A DNA stretch of 64,000 nucleotides from Betaproteobacteria bacterium (GCA_022340705.1 JAJDNJ010000143.1:17095-81094); one strand, 5' to 3'. Numbered from the stretch's first letter, positions 21,917 to 32,074 are shown. The notes: a model not told the origin generated them from the letters alone. Program-made: numbers and translations.

Positions 21917-22804
21917 ATGCAAGGACATTCCTACGCAATGGCGCTTCCGGTCCCGACGGCAAGCGGGAGCATCGAGGCCTATATCCAGGCCGCGAACCGT
22001 TTTCCGATGCTGAGCGCGGAAGAAGAGGTGGGCTTCGCACGCCGCTACCGCGAGGAAAACGATCTGGAGGCGGCGCGTGCGCTGGTCCTATCGCATCTGC
22101 GGCTGGTCGTCGCCATCGCGCGCGGCTACCTGGGCTATGGGCTGCCGCACGCCGACCTGATCCAGGAAGGCAACGTCGGGCTCATGAAGGCGGTCAAGCG
22201 CTTCGATCCCGAGCGCGGCGTGCGCCTGGTGTCTTTTGCGATCCACTGGATCAAAGCGGAGATTCACGAATACATCCTGCGCAACTGGCGCCTGGTCAAA
22301 GTCGCGACGACCAAGGCTCAGCGCAAGCTGTTTTTCAACCTGCGCTCGATGAAGAGCGCGCTCGCGCCGCTTTCTGCCGACGAGGTCGACCGCGTGGCGA
22401 GCGCCCTCAAGGTCAAGCCGGAGGAAGTCACCGAAATGGAGACCCGGCTCTCGGGTCGTGACCTGGCCTTCGAGCCCGAGGACGACGACGAGTCCTACGC
22501 GCCTGCGCAGTATCTCGCCGACCACGAATCCGAACCCTCCAAGCTGCTGGAGGCCGCGCAAGCCGAGCAATTGCGCTCGGCCGGCCTTGCGACCGCGCTC
22601 GACGGATTAGATGCACGCAGCCGTCGGATCATCGAGGCGCGATGGCTGCGCGAAAATGACGCAGCCACGCTGCACGAACTCGCTGCCGAGTTTGGCGTCT
22701 CGGCCGAGCGCATTCGCCAGATCGAGGCAAAGGCGCTCGAAAAGATGCGCAAGGCGATCTCCGTCGCACAGTCGCCGCACGCGTTGCCGGCCCCCGTGGC
22801 CTAA
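21917..22804 (+). CDS. rpoH: RNA polymerase heat-shock sigma factor RpoH (sigma-32)
   Basis: ATG 21917 follows AAGGGGG. The RpoB-contact/RpoH-box region is present (QRKLFFNLRSMK). ftsYEX-rpoH synteny. Confidence 0.93.
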   Translation: MQGHSYAMALPVPTASGSIEAYIQAANRFPMLSAEEEVGFARRYREENDLEAARALVLSHLRLVVAIARGYLGYGLPHADLIQEGNVGLMKAVKRFDPERGVRLVSFAIHWIKAEIHEYILRNWRLVKVATTKAQRKLFFNLRSMKSALAPLSADEVDRVASALKVKPEEVTEMETRLSGRDLAFEPEDDDESYAPAQYLADHESEPSKLLEAAQAEQLRSAGLATALDGLDARSRRIIEARWLRENDAATLHELAAEFGVSAERIRQIEAKALEKMRKAISVAQSPHALPAPVA

Positions 22805-22856
22805 GCACGAGCGCATCGCACGCGGCAGCGGCAAAGCGTCAGCGCGTACTCCGTCC

Positions 22857-22880
22857 TTGCGGCCGCCTCGGCGGCCGCAA
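22857..22880. terminator. perfect GC hairpin between convergent rpoH and the SCO1 gene (candidate bidirectional terminator)
   Basis: TTGCGGCCGCC-tc-GGCGGCCGCAA, 11-bp perfect arms. There is no U-tract on either side. Confidence 0.5.
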
Positions 22881-22885
22881 TCGCA

Positions 22886-23491
22886 TCAGCCCGCCTCCTC
22901 CAGGAGGATACGCAGGTCGTGCGCCAGGTCCGTCGCGATCCGCTCGTGGCGCACGAACAAGCGCAACTGCCCCTTCTTGTCGAGCACGTAGACCTGCGCG
23001 CTGTGGTCGATCGAATAGCTCCCCGGCGTGCTTCCCGGACGCTTTTCGAAGAACACCTTGAAGTCCTTGGCGACGGCACGCGTCGCCTCGAGGTCGCCGT
23101 ATAACCCAATAAAGCGCGGATCGAACGCGGGCACGTACTGCGCCAGGATCTGCGGCGTATCACGCTCCGGGTCGAGCGTCACGAACAGAACCTGGACCCG
23201 GTCGGCGTCCGCTCCGAGCGTCTTGATCGCGCGCGCCACTTCGGCAAGCGTCGTCGGGCAGACATCCGGGCACTGGGTATAGCCGAAGAACAGCACCACC
23301 ACCTTGCCGCGAAAGTCGGCGAGCGTGCGCGGCCGGCCGTCATAACCCGTCAGCGCGAGCGACTTCCCGTACGGGGCACCCGTGATATCGGTGCTCTTGA
23401 ACTGAGGCTTGCCGCCTTCGCAGGCACCGAGCACCAGCACGGCGATGCACGCCGCGACCCAGACGGGGACGGCCGATCGCAGGAATCTCAC
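22886..23491 (-). CDS. SCO1/SenC copper chaperone (thioredoxin fold)
   Basis: A GTG start at 23491 gives a GTGA overlap with cyoE. TM anchor, then CPDVCP (CxxxC) and a downstream [11 protein letters not shown] histidine. Confidence 0.85.
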   Translation of the reverse strand: MRFLRSAVPVWVAACIAVLVLGACEGGKPQFKSTDITGAPYGKSLALTGYDGRPRTLADFRGKVVVLFFGYTQCPDVCPTTLAEVARAIKTLGADADRVQVLFVTLDPERDTPQILAQYVPAFDPRFIGLYGDLEATRAVAKDFKVFFEKRPGSTPGSYSIDHSAQVYVLDKKGQLRLFVRHERIATDLAHDLRILLEEAG

Positions 23492-24402
23492 GCCAGCAAA
23501 ATCAAGAGATAGTGATCGAGCAGCAGCGCAGCGAACAGCGCCGCGAGATAGAAGATCGAAAATCGGAACGCGCGCTGCGCGACATGATCGCTGTAGGCAA
23601 AGCGGATGCGCAGCGCATGGACGACATACCACCCGCCCAACACACAGGCCGCGACCAGATAGCTCACGCCCGCCATGCGGACCGCGAAGGGCAGCAAGCT
23701 GACGCCGAACAGGATCAGCGTGTAGAGCAGGACCTGCTGACGCGTGTACGACTTGCCATGCGTCACCGGGAGCATCGGCAGCCCGGCGCGGGCGTAGTCC
23801 GCCGTGCGGTACAGGGCAAGCGACCAGAAATGCGGCGGCGTCCACGCGAAGATGATCAGAAACAGCAGCATCGGCTCGATCGTGACTTGGCCGGTTGCTG
23901 CAGCCCATCCCAATACCGGCGGCATGGCGCCCGAGGCGCCGCCGATCACGATGTTCTGCGGCGTCGCCGGCTTGAGCACGATCGTGTAGATGACCGCGTA
24001 GCCGACGAAGGTTCCGAGGGTCAGCCACATTGTCAGCGGATTGACGAAGCGCAGCAGCAGCCAAAGCCCCAGCGCACCAACCGCGGCGGCAAACACCAGC
24101 GTCTGCGCGGTCGTCAGCTCGCCGCGCGGCAAGGGCCGGACGCGCGTGCGCTGCATGAGCGCATCGATGCGCTGTTCGACCAGACAATTGATCGCGGCGG
24201 CGGCACCGGCGACCAGCGCGATACCCACGGTTCCCGCGAGGAGTATGCGCAGGGGTACCATGCCCGGAACCGCGAGGAACATCCCGATCATCGCGGTGAA
24301 CACGATCAGCGACACCACACGCGGTTTGGTCAACGCGTAGAACGCACGGATGCGGCGCGTCAGCACGCGCGTCAGGCTGGGAGAGAGTACCTGGGTGTTC
24401 AC
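23488..24402 (-). CDS. cyoE: protoheme IX farnesyltransferase (heme O synthase)
   Basis: 304 aa, [23 protein letters not shown], polytopic UbiA-family protein. GTG start. Confidence 0.9.
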   Translation of the reverse strand: MNTQVLSPSLTRVLTRRIRAFYALTKPRVVSLIVFTAMIGMFLAVPGMVPLRILLAGTVGIALVAGAAAAINCLVEQRIDALMQRTRVRPLPRGELTTAQTLVFAAAVGALGLWLLLRFVNPLTMWLTLGTFVGYAVIYTIVLKPATPQNIVIGGASGAMPPVLGWAAATGQVTIEPMLLFLIIFAWTPPHFWSLALYRTADYARAGLPMLPVTHGKSYTRQQVLLYTLILFGVSLLPFAVRMAGVSYLVAACVLGGWYVVHALRIRFAYSDHVAQRAFRFSIFYLAALFAALLLDHYLLILLA

Positions 24403-24504
24403 AACGTCACGACGAAATGAGGGGCATTCGGCGCCCCAAAACCGCGCGCGCAGTCTATCACGTCGCCCCCCTCTGTCGGCGCATCACGGGCAGCGTCTGG
24501 GCGC

Positions 24505-25092
24505 TCAACCGATCGAAGAATAGGCGAGCAGCCGCCGCAGGTCCTTGATCACCCGCGCGGGGTCGGCATCGTGAGGAAAGCGCAGCATCAGGTTACCGCG
24601 TGGGTCGATCACATAGATGTGATCCCGGACCGTGCCAGGCGCGGGAAATGCGGCCGCGAATCTCGCGTCCGCCGGACGCAGCACCCGGGTGCCCTCGATC
24701 GCCTGCAGCAGGCGCGGCTTCGGCCGGCCGTCGGCACTCAGGATCCAGACCCTCTCGACGCGCGATTCATCGCGTCCGAGCGCCTTGCGCACCTGGCGCA
24801 TCGTATACAGCTTGCGCTCGCAGCCCGACTCGCAGGCCGGCGCATCGAACTGCAAAAGGATCCACTTTCCGTGCAACGCATCCAGCCGCTCGGAGCGACC
24901 GTCAAGCCCGACGAGCGGGGTCTTGGGAACCGGATGGGGCTCGATCAGCGTGCCGTAGTTGCTCCTGTGCCCGGTCGACCAGTGGAACAAGTACGCCACG
25001 CCACTTCCCGCGAGCGGCAAGACGAACACGCCGATCAGCAACAGGAGCTGCAACCGCCCCCGCTTGACCGGATCCTCAGGCAGTAGGCGCAT
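24505..25092 (-). CDS. membrane-anchored SCO-like thioredoxin-fold protein (second Sco paralogue)
   Basis: I prefer ATG 25092. One TM (LQLLLLIGVFVLPLAG), a CESGC (CxxxC) motif and RDHIYVIDPRGNL, parallel to the SCO1 motifs. Confidence 0.6.
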   Translation of the reverse strand: MRLLPEDPVKRGRLQLLLLIGVFVLPLAGSGVAYLFHWSTGHRSNYGTLIEPHPVPKTPLVGLDGRSERLDALHGKWILLQFDAPACESGCERKLYTMRQVRKALGRDESRVERVWILSADGRPKPRLLQAIEGTRVLRPADARFAAAFPAPGTVRDHIYVIDPRGNLMLRFPHDADPARVIKDLRRLLAYSSIG

Positions 25093-25801
25093 CGCGGCGG
25101 AAGGACAGCACGATCCAGAGAACAATGCTCAGCGCAGCAAGCGAGTACCACTGCAGCGCGTAGTTCTCGTTCTTTTCGGCGCCGGCGCCGTGCGCTGGCC
25201 AGTCGCGCGCGAGTCCGTCGCCGTTGTCCGAGCGCTGCTCGAGGATCAACGGCTGCAGCGCAAGGCCGGTCGACGCGCGATAGCGCGGTACGGTGAAGTT
25301 CTGCCAGACGCGCCCTTCCGGCACCGCGCCGCTCGGCTCGAAGCGCTGGGGAATATCCGAGAGGGCGAGGCCATCGATCACTTGCGGGCCCGACGGGGTG
25401 CGCACGCCTGGCAACTCTGCGCGATTCCCCGTGCCCGCCACCCAGCCCCGCAGAACGGCAACGTGCAGCGTACTGCCCGCAAGGCGCAGCGGTGTGACGA
25501 TCTCGTAGCCCACGCGCCCGTCCCGGATGCGGTTGTCGAGGTAGATCGTGTACTTGGGCAGGAAGGTTCCGCGTAGCTGGATCCGGCGCATGGCGTATGC
25601 CGAAGCCCCGACCGGCGCTCCGGGGAGCGGCGTCGCCGGCGCGGCAAGTGCCGCGCGTTGCGCAGCGGCGAGCGCATGACGCTCGTCCGCGCGCCGCAGC
25701 TGCCAGTTGCCGAGCGCGACGAACACGATCATCCCGCCGAGCGCGACCGCGAGCCATCGCCAGCGCGGCGCGAAGCGCCGCCCACGCACGATCAACGCCA
25801 T
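25076..25801 (-). CDS. SURF1 family cytochrome oxidase biogenesis protein
   Basis: I prefer ATG 25801 (MALIVRGRRFAPRWRWLAVALGGMIVFVALGNWQLRR). A C-terminal second TM follows NYALQWYSLA. Confidence 0.82.
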   Translation of the reverse strand: MALIVRGRRFAPRWRWLAVALGGMIVFVALGNWQLRRADERHALAAAQRAALAAPATPLPGAPVGASAYAMRRIQLRGTFLPKYTIYLDNRIRDGRVGYEIVTPLRLAGSTLHVAVLRGWVAGTGNRAELPGVRTPSGPQVIDGLALSDIPQRFEPSGAVPEGRVWQNFTVPRYRASTGLALQPLILEQRSDNGDGLARDWPAHGAGAEKNENYALQWYSLAALSIVLWIVLSFRRDAPTA

Positions 25802-25923
25802 TGCCCGATTGCCCCGACTCGGAGCGCGCGCGGCGCGGTACACTCGAGGCTCCGCAGCAGCGCGCGGTATTGCCTCATCGTTCCCACCGTGCATGGTCCC
25901 GCCGGCGGTTGGACCCGAATCTC

Positions 25924-26124
25924 ATGCGATACATCGTCATTGGAATGCTCATCCTCATCGTCGCGAGCCTCGCGTCGGCGCTCGTATTCATCTACCGCGA
26001 CGAGAGCGGCTCGAAGCGTGCGGTCAAGGCGCTCGCGATCCGGGTGGGGCTGTCGATCGCGCTGTTCCTGTTCCTCATGGCGGGGTTCTATTTCGGATTC
26101 ATCCCAGGCCGGCTCAGCGGCTGA
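25924..26124 (+). CDS. twin transmembrane helix small protein (DUF2909-like)
   Basis: 66 aa, MRYIVIGMLILIVASLASALVFIY...ALFLFLMAGFYFGF. Hidden inside a longer spurious ORF-track frame. Confidence 0.7.
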   Translation: MRYIVIGMLILIVASLASALVFIYRDESGSKRAVKALAIRVGLSIALFLFLMAGFYFGFIPGRLSG

Positions 26125-26149
26125 TCGGAGAGGCGCACCCGGTCGCGGC

Positions 26150-26177
26150 AAAAAAAATGCCGCATGTCCTGCGGCAT
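26150..26177 (-). terminator. intrinsic terminator after the subunit III gene
   Basis: Minus strand: ATGCCGCA-ggaca-TGCGGCAT followed by T8. It lies ~110 nt downstream of the ctaE stop. Confidence 0.75.
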
Positions 26178-26286
26178 CCAAGTTCCTCCTGCGCGGCACC
26201 TGTGCCGCCGGCTGCTCGCGCTTGCGCGCTGCGCCGGTCTTTCGTGCCTCCTCCTCGTTATCCCGCCGCTCTGCGAAAGACCAAGC

Positions 26287-27153
26287 TCAGAGCCAGTATA
26301 CAAAAATGAACAGACCCAGCCAGACGACGTCGACGAAGTGCCAGTACCACGCGACGCCCTCGAAGGCGAAATGATGATCCGGTTTGAAGTGACCCGCGAG
26401 GCAGCGCCCAAGGATCACGCTCAGCATGATCGCGCCCACGGTGACGTGAAAGCCGTGGAATCCGGTCAGCATGAAGAATGTTGACCCGTAGACGCCGGTG
26501 GTCAACTTCAGGTTGAGCTCGCTGTAGGCATGGCCGTATTCATAGGCCTGAACGAACAGAAAGGTCACACCGAGCGCGACCGTGAAGAACAGGAACAGGT
26601 TGAGCATCGCCCGTTTGTTCTCCTTGAGCGCCCAGTGCGCGATGGTGACCGTCACGCCCGAAGACAGCAGCAGCAGGGTGTTGATCGCGGGCAGTCCCCA
26701 GGCCGCCATGGGCGAGAACTTCTGCTCGAACGTCGGTCCGGCCGACGGCCACAGCGCGGCAAATCCGGGCCAGAGATACTCGTTGTTCTGCAGGCTCGCG
26801 AGGTCCGGCACCGAAAGGACCCGGACGTAGAACAGCGCGCCGAAGAACGCCGCAAAGAACATCACCTCCGAAAAGATGAAGAAGCTCATCCCCCAGCGGA
26901 ACGACACGTCTTCCCAGCGCCCGTATTTCATGCCCTCGGACTCGCGGATCACGTCCCCGAACCAGCGGAACATCATGTACAGCAACACCATGAACCCCGC
27001 GGCGATCGAGATCCAGCCGCCCGACATGCCGTTGAAGACAAAGACCGCGCCGAGCATCATCAGCCAAAGCGCGATCGAACCCATGATGGGCCACGGCATC
27101 GGCTGCGGAACGTAGTAGTGCTGGTGTGGAGCGGCAGTCGCTTCGTGTGCCAT
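26287..27153 (-). CDS. ctaE: cytochrome c oxidase subunit III
   Basis: 288 aa, HYYVPQPMPWPI..., FYWHFVDVVWLGLF C-terminal signature. Confidence 0.94.
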   Translation of the reverse strand: MAHEATAAPHQHYYVPQPMPWPIMGSIALWLMMLGAVFVFNGMSGGWISIAAGFMVLLYMMFRWFGDVIRESEGMKYGRWEDVSFRWGMSFFIFSEVMFFAAFFGALFYVRVLSVPDLASLQNNEYLWPGFAALWPSAGPTFEQKFSPMAAWGLPAINTLLLLSSGVTVTIAHWALKENKRAMLNLFLFFTVALGVTFLFVQAYEYGHAYSELNLKLTTGVYGSTFFMLTGFHGFHVTVGAIMLSVILGRCLAGHFKPDHHFAFEGVAWYWHFVDVVWLGLFIFVYWL

Positions 27154-27185
27154 CTTTTCTTCTCCCTGGATTCCTGCTTCCTGCC

Positions 27186-27389
27186 CTAGCTTCCGACCAC
27201 CATCCGCACGATGGTGATCAGGGTCAAAATGAACAGTGCCGCGGCAACGATGCCGGCGACAATGATGTGCAACGGCTTGATCCGGGTGGTCTCCCGCTCG
27301 TGGTCCGCGCGCCGCCGCACCCCCAGCGCACCGAAAGCGATCGTCTTGACCACATCGAGAAAGGACGCGGGCTTCATCACACGATCCAT
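27186..27389 (-). CDS. small membrane protein, DUF2970-like
   Basis: 67 aa, MDRVMKPASFLDVVKTIAFGALGVRRR...HIIVAGIVAAALFILTLITIV. The ATG lies 2 nt after the ctaG stop. Confidence 0.6.
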   Translation of the reverse strand: MDRVMKPASFLDVVKTIAFGALGVRRRADHERETTRIKPLHIIVAGIVAAALFILTLITIVRMVVGS

Positions 27390-27391
27390 GC

Positions 27392-27958
27392 TCAGCTCCG
27401 GCCTCCGCGGCCGGCGACCTCGAAGAAGGTGTACGACAGCGTGACCGTGTGGATGTCCTTCGGCAACGACGGGTCGACCACGAAGACGACCGGCATGCGA
27501 CGGACTTCCCCGCCGGCCAGCGTCTGCTGCTCGAAGCAGAAGCACTCGACCTTCTTGAAATACTCGGCCGCGCGTGCCGGGCCGTAGCTCGGGACTGCCT
27601 GCCCCGTCACGGCATGCGATCGCGCGTTCACCACCTCGTACTCTATGACCGCAAGCTCGCCCGGATGCACATTGAGGTGCCTGACCAGCGGTCGGAAGCG
27701 CCACGGCAGGTCGTGCGAATTCGCGTCGAATTCCACGGAGACGGTCCGCGCGCGATTGATCTGCGTGTTCTTCGCCGCGGCGCGCTCAATCGGCACCAGC
27801 GAATTGACCCCGAGCGCGGCGCAGATCTGGTCGTAAAACGGCACCATTGCGAAACCGAACCCGAACATCAGGACGGCGACGGTCGAAAGGCGCAGCAGCA
27901 TGCGCCGATTCTCACGGCGTCGCGCGTTGGACCTGGCAGCTGAATCGAGCGCGTGCAT
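27392..27958 (-). CDS. ctaG: cytochrome c oxidase assembly protein CtaG/Cox11
   Basis: 188 aa, a TM anchor then VHPGELAVIEYEVVN...KVECFCFEQQ (CFCF copper motif). Confidence 0.9.
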   Translation of the reverse strand: MHALDSAARSNARRRENRRMLLRLSTVAVLMFGFGFAMVPFYDQICAALGVNSLVPIERAAAKNTQINRARTVSVEFDANSHDLPWRFRPLVRHLNVHPGELAVIEYEVVNARSHAVTGQAVPSYGPARAAEYFKKVECFCFEQQTLAGGEVRRMPVVFVVDPSLPKDIHTVTLSYTFFEVAGRGGRS

Positions 27959-27971
27959 GACCCGCGTCCGA

Positions 27972-28070
27972 TCAACCGCCGCTCAGGATCCAGAACTTCA
28001 CGATGATCCCGATAAACGAGGCCAGCGCAATCGACACGAGGGCCAGTGCCGTTTTCAGATTGCGGCTCAC
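27972..28070 (-). CDS. cytochrome oxidase small assembly protein (32 aa)
   Basis: GTG start after a GAGGG Shine-Dalgarno. VSRNLKTALALVSIALASFIGIIVKFWILSGG, a single TM. It is too short for the ORF track and fills the ctaD-ctaG gap exactly. Confidence 0.6.
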   Translation of the reverse strand: MSRNLKTALALVSIALASFIGIIVKFWILSGG

Positions 28071-28080
28071 GCGCCCTCGG

Positions 28081-29679
28081 CTACTTGATCACCGGCTGTG
28101 TTTCGAACGAGTGGTAAGGCGCAGGCGACGGCAGGTGTGTCCACTCGAGCGAATCGGCACCTTCCCACTGCTTGTCCTTCGCCTTCTCCCCGCTGCGAAT
28201 CGCTTTCAGGACAATGTACAGGAACAAGAACTGCGACAGACCGAAGCCGAAGGCCCCGATCGAGCTGATTTTGTTCCAGGTCTCGAACATCAGCGGATAG
28301 TCGGGAACGCGGCGCGGCATCCCGGCGAGGCCCGAGAAATGCTGCACGAAGAAGGTCATGTTGATGAAGATGGTCGACAGCCAGAAATGCCACTTGCCGA
28401 GCTTCTCGTCATACATCCGGCCGGTCCATTTCGGCAGCCAGAAATAGATGCCGGCAAAGCCGGCAAACACTGCGCCGATCGCCATCACGTAGTGGAAGTG
28501 CGCCACGACGTAGTAGGTGTCGTGCAGCTGGATGTCGACCGCGGCAAGCGACAGCACCAGGCCGGTGAATCCACCGAGAGTGAACAGGAACAGGAAACCA
28601 ATCGCGAACAGCATTGGCGTCTCGAACGACAGCGCCCCTTTCCACATCGTGGCCACCCAGTTGAACACCTTGACGCCGGTCGGCACCGCGATCAGCGTGG
28701 TGGCGTACATGAAAAACAGCTGCCCGGTCACCGGCATGCCGACCGTGTACATGTGGTGTGCCCAGACGATGAAAGACAGAATTGCGATCGCCGATGTCGC
28801 GTACACCATCGAGGCATAGCCAAACAGCGGCTTCCTCGAGAACGCCGGGATCACCTGCGAGATCACGCCGAAGGCCGGCAACGCGATGATGTAGACCTCG
28901 GGGTGGCCGAAGAACCAGAAGATGTGCTGGTAGAGCACCGGGTCGCCGCCCCCGGCGGCATTGAAGAACGACGTGCCGAAATGACGGTCGGTCAGCGTCA
29001 TCGTCACCGCGCCCGCGAGCACCGGCATCGCGGCGACCAGCAGGTAGGCGGTGATCAGCCAGGTCCAGCAGAACAGCGGCATGCGCATCAGCGTCATGCC
29101 CGGCGCGCGCAGGTTGAGGATTGTGGTGATGATGTTGATCGAGCCCATGATCGAGCTCATGCCGAGCAGGTGGACGGCGAAGATCGTGAAATCCATGCCG
29201 ATACCCATTTGCACGGTGAGCGGCGCGTACATCGTCCAGCCCACGCCCGGCGCCCCACCCGGCATGAAGAACGAGATCACCAGCAGCGAGGCCGCGAACG
29301 GCAGGATCCAGAACGACCAGTTGTTCATTCGCGCGAACGCCATGTCAGGCGCGCCGATCTGCATCGGGATCAGCCAGTTTGCGAAGCCCACGAACGCCGG
29401 CATGATCGCGCCGAACACCATGATGAGACCGTGCATGGTCGTCATCTGGTTGAAGAAGTCCGGGTTGACCCATTGCAGCCCCGGCGAGAACAGCTCGAGA
29501 CGAATGACCATTGCCATTGCGCCGCCGACCAAGAACATGATGAAGCTGAACCACAGGTACAGCGTCCCGATGTCCTTGTGGTTCGTGGTCGTGATCCAGC
29601 GCATGATGCCGCTGTATCCACCGTGATGGTCGTGGTGGTGCTCGTGCCCGTGTCCGTGGCTATCCACAACTGCGCTCAT
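28081..29679 (-). CDS. ctaD: cytochrome c oxidase subunit I
   Basis: 532 aa, with [14 protein letters not shown] and VAHFHYV heme/CuB ligand motifs. Confidence 0.97.
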   Translation of the reverse strand: MSAVVDSHGHGHEHHHDHHGGYSGIMRWITTTNHKDIGTLYLWFSFIMFLVGGAMAMVIRLELFSPGLQWVNPDFFNQMTTMHGLIMVFGAIMPAFVGFANWLIPMQIGAPDMAFARMNNWSFWILPFAASLLVISFFMPGGAPGVGWTMYAPLTVQMGIGMDFTIFAVHLLGMSSIMGSINIITTILNLRAPGMTLMRMPLFCWTWLITAYLLVAAMPVLAGAVTMTLTDRHFGTSFFNAAGGGDPVLYQHIFWFFGHPEVYIIALPAFGVISQVIPAFSRKPLFGYASMVYATSAIAILSFIVWAHHMYTVGMPVTGQLFFMYATTLIAVPTGVKVFNWVATMWKGALSFETPMLFAIGFLFLFTLGGFTGLVLSLAAVDIQLHDTYYVVAHFHYVMAIGAVFAGFAGIYFWLPKWTGRMYDEKLGKWHFWLSTIFINMTFFVQHFSGLAGMPRRVPDYPLMFETWNKISSIGAFGFGLSQFLFLYIVLKAIRSGEKAKDKQWEGADSLEWTHLPSPAPYHSFETQPVIK

Positions 29680-29709
29680 TCTCGTTCTCCCGATCGCTGA
29701 ATTCGGTGC

Positions 29710-30564
29710 CTACTGGCGCGCGGTTTTGGCCGCCACCGCAATCTTTTTCGGCTCGCCGGCCGCCGCTGCGGCCTTGGACTTTTGCTCGCCCACCCATTTC
29801 GTGTACTCGTCTGCGCTCACCACGCGCACGACGATCGGCATGTAGCCGTGATCCTTGCCGCAGAGCTCGGTGCACTGACCGCGAAACACGCCGGTCCTCT
29901 CTGCCCTGAAATGAATATCGCGGATGAAGCCGGGAATCGCGTCCTGCTTGGCCCCGAAAGCAGGCACCCACCATGCGTGAATGACATCGCCGCCAGTCGC
30001 GAGGATGCGCACCTTCTTGTTTACCGGCACCACGAGCTCGTTGTCCACCTCGAGCAGGTAATGCTCACCCTTGGGCTTGCGGCCCTCGATTTGATCGCGC
30101 GGGGTGGCCAACTGGGAGAGGAAATGAATGCCCTCGCCCTCGCCTTTCACGTAGTCGTAGCCCCATTTCCACTGATAGCCGGTCACCTTGATCGTGAGGT
30201 CGGCCTGCGACGTGTCCTTCTGCGCGATGACCACCTTGGTCGCGGGCCAGGCGATGATGACGAGAATCACCAGCGGGATCACGGTCCAAAGCACTTCGAC
30301 CGTCGTGCTTTCGTGAAACTGCGCAGCCTTGTGGCCCTTGTCCTTGCGGTGCGCGTAGACCGAGTAGAACATCGCGCCGAAAACACCGCAGAAGATGATC
30401 GTCACGAGGATCATGACGTACTCGTGCAGGCTGTGGATGTCCGCTGCGATCTTGGTCACCGCCGGCTGCAGGTTCCAAGGGGCGGCGAGGGCAAGTCCTG
30501 CCGCCGCGAGCCCTGCCACTCCCGCCACGGATACCGCGAGGTAACGCACCCAGTTGCTTGCCAT
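29710..30564 (-). CDS. ctaC: cytochrome c oxidase subunit II (no fused cytochrome c domain)
   Basis: I prefer ATG 30564 (MASNWVRYLAVSVAG...). CuA site HAWWVP...CTELCGKDHGYM. Confidence 0.9.
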   Translation of the reverse strand: MASNWVRYLAVSVAGVAGLAAAGLALAAPWNLQPAVTKIAADIHSLHEYVMILVTIIFCGVFGAMFYSVYAHRKDKGHKAAQFHESTTVEVLWTVIPLVILVIIAWPATKVVIAQKDTSQADLTIKVTGYQWKWGYDYVKGEGEGIHFLSQLATPRDQIEGRKPKGEHYLLEVDNELVVPVNKKVRILATGGDVIHAWWVPAFGAKQDAIPGFIRDIHFRAERTGVFRGQCTELCGKDHGYMPIVVRVVSADEYTKWVGEQKSKAAAAAGEPKKIAVAAKTARQ

Positions 30565-30581
30565 CGTTCCAGTCTCCCGAT

Positions 30582-31061
30582 TCAGAGGCGCAATGTTCTG
30601 TTCAACGCGTCCGCCAGCCCGCTGCGCGCCTCGGCGTGCAGGTGCCGTCCGAGCTCGATTTCGTCTTCCGCACCCGCAACGCCCAGCACCACGCATCCGC
30701 GCTCGGGTGCATGGCGCGCGCGCAGCGCTCCGCGATCCAGCTCATGCCGGCGCAGGCGGCGACCTTCCGCCACCTCCACGCACAGCCGACCCGGCGCAAA
30801 CTCGATACGCTCGTAATCTGCCGCGTGCCGCGCGGTCCACAAAAACGCGAGCACCAACGCAACCACCTCGAGCCCGGCGAACGGCAGCACCAGCCACGCG
30901 CCCGCCAGGGCAAATCCGAGCGCGATACTCAGCGTCACGGCCGCGAGCATCGCGAACACACAAATCATGCCTTTCGGCGAAATCGAACAATTGCGCTTGA
31001 GGAGCACACTGAATCCGTGCGACGAACCCAGAAACGCCCATTCGCGCTGCGGACTGTCCAT
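30582..31061 (-). CDS. DUF2244-like integral membrane protein associated with cox clusters
   Basis: ATG 31061 (MDSPQREW...). NCSISPKG, then two adjacent TM helices and a soluble C-terminal part. Confidence 0.6.
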   Translation of the reverse strand: MDSPQREWAFLGSSHGFSVLLKRNCSISPKGMICVFAMLAAVTLSIALGFALAGAWLVLPFAGLEVVALVLAFLWTARHAADYERIEFAPGRLCVEVAEGRRLRRHELDRGALRARHAPERGCVVLGVAGAEDEIELGRHLHAEARSGLADALNRTLRL

Positions 31062-31201
31062 CTGATTTCCGGCCCCACAGCGAGCGGCCGCGGGCCGCGC
31101 CAATAAGAGGCGCGAAGGTACCACAGTCAACCCCTCTGCCTCAAGAAACCGGGCTCCAATCGAGCGCGCGCGAAACGCTTCTCGCCCTTTCGATCGGGGC
31201 C

Positions 31202-32074
31202 TCAGCGGATTCTATGGCGCAGCGTGTCGGTCCGGATGATTGCACGCCCATCGTCACGTGCCACGCGTGGTGCGCGCCAAGCGTGACCGTAGACCACTTC
31301 GAATGTCGCCGAGATTCTGCCGCCCTCGGCCTGCTCGACGAGCCGCGCGCGCAAACGCTCCAGAAAGCCCCGTCCGCGCAGACCGCGTGCACGATCCGCC
31401 CGTGCCGATGTCTGTCCGCTGCGCCGCAGGTCGGCGAAGAGGCCCTCGGGATCGGCGTAGGTAAGCGTGATGGTCTCCGCGTCCATCACCGGCGCCGTGA
31501 AGCCCGCGCCGACCAGGGCATCGCCGATGTCGTGCATGTCGGTGAAGCCGTGCACCTGCGACGGGCCCGCCGCCAGGCGCAACTCCTTCAGCGTGTCCGG
31601 GCCCAGGGTGCTGAACATGAGCAATCCATCGGGTGCGAGAACGCGCGCAAACTCGCGCAGCGCCGCGCCCGGCACCGGCGCCCAGTGCAGCGCCATGTTC
31701 GACCACAGGAGGTCGACGCTCCCGGCGGGCAGCGGCATGTGCGCGAAATCGGCGACAACGGGCAGCGGGCGTGCTCTGCGCCGCAGCCACTCGCGCACGC
31801 CCTGCGACCGTCTCGCGGTCCGCAGCATGGCGCGCGAGAAATCGAGGGTCACGAGCACAGCCTGCGGATAACGCGCGAGCAATGCCGTCGCCTCGCGCGC
31901 CGGCCCTGCGCCCGCGTCGAGAATGCGGCGCGGCGTCGCGCGGATGTAATCGAGCCGCGCGAGCATGCGCTGGCCGATCTCCGCTTCCAATGGGGAAGCG
32001 GCGACATAGGTCTGCGCCGCGCGCTCGAAGCCTCGGCGCACGCGCGCGGTGTCGACGACCGGCGGCTCAGCCAC
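31202..32074 (-). CDS. bioC: malonyl-[acyl-carrier protein] O-methyltransferase BioC-like SAM methyltransferase
   Basis: The GTG start at 32074 overlaps the amidase stop by 8 nt. ILDAGAGPA (compare E. coli BioC LDAGCGPG), DLLWSNMALHW and VLAPDGLLMFSTLGPDTLKEL resemble E. coli BioC from memory. Confidence 0.65.
   Translation of the reverse strand: MAEPPVVDTARVRRGFERAAQTYVAASPLEAEIGQRMLARLDYIRATPRRILDAGAGPAREATALLARYPQAVLVTLDFSRAMLRTARRSQGVREWLRRRARPLPVVADFAHMPLPAGSVDLLWSNMALHWAPVPGAALREFARVLAPDGLLMFSTLGPDTLKELRLAAGPSQVHGFTDMHDIGDALVGAGFTAPVMDAETITLTYADPEGLFADLRRSGQTSARADRARGLRGRGFLERLRARLVEQAEGGRISATFEVVYGHAWRAPRVARDDGRAIIRTDTLRHRIR

Noticed and set aside
29660-29668. CTATCCACA, an 8/9 match to a DnaA box
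   Set aside because: It is a single copy inside the first codons of ctaD, with no cluster of boxes or AT-rich unwinding element. It is not an origin.
28003-29700. 565-aa plus-strand ORF opposite ctaD, and similar long frames (134..1255, 15446..16786, 43457..44365, 59437..60900)
   Set aside because: All are antisense or out of frame relative to strongly supported genes, and all have His/Arg/Asp/Gly-rich nonsense composition.
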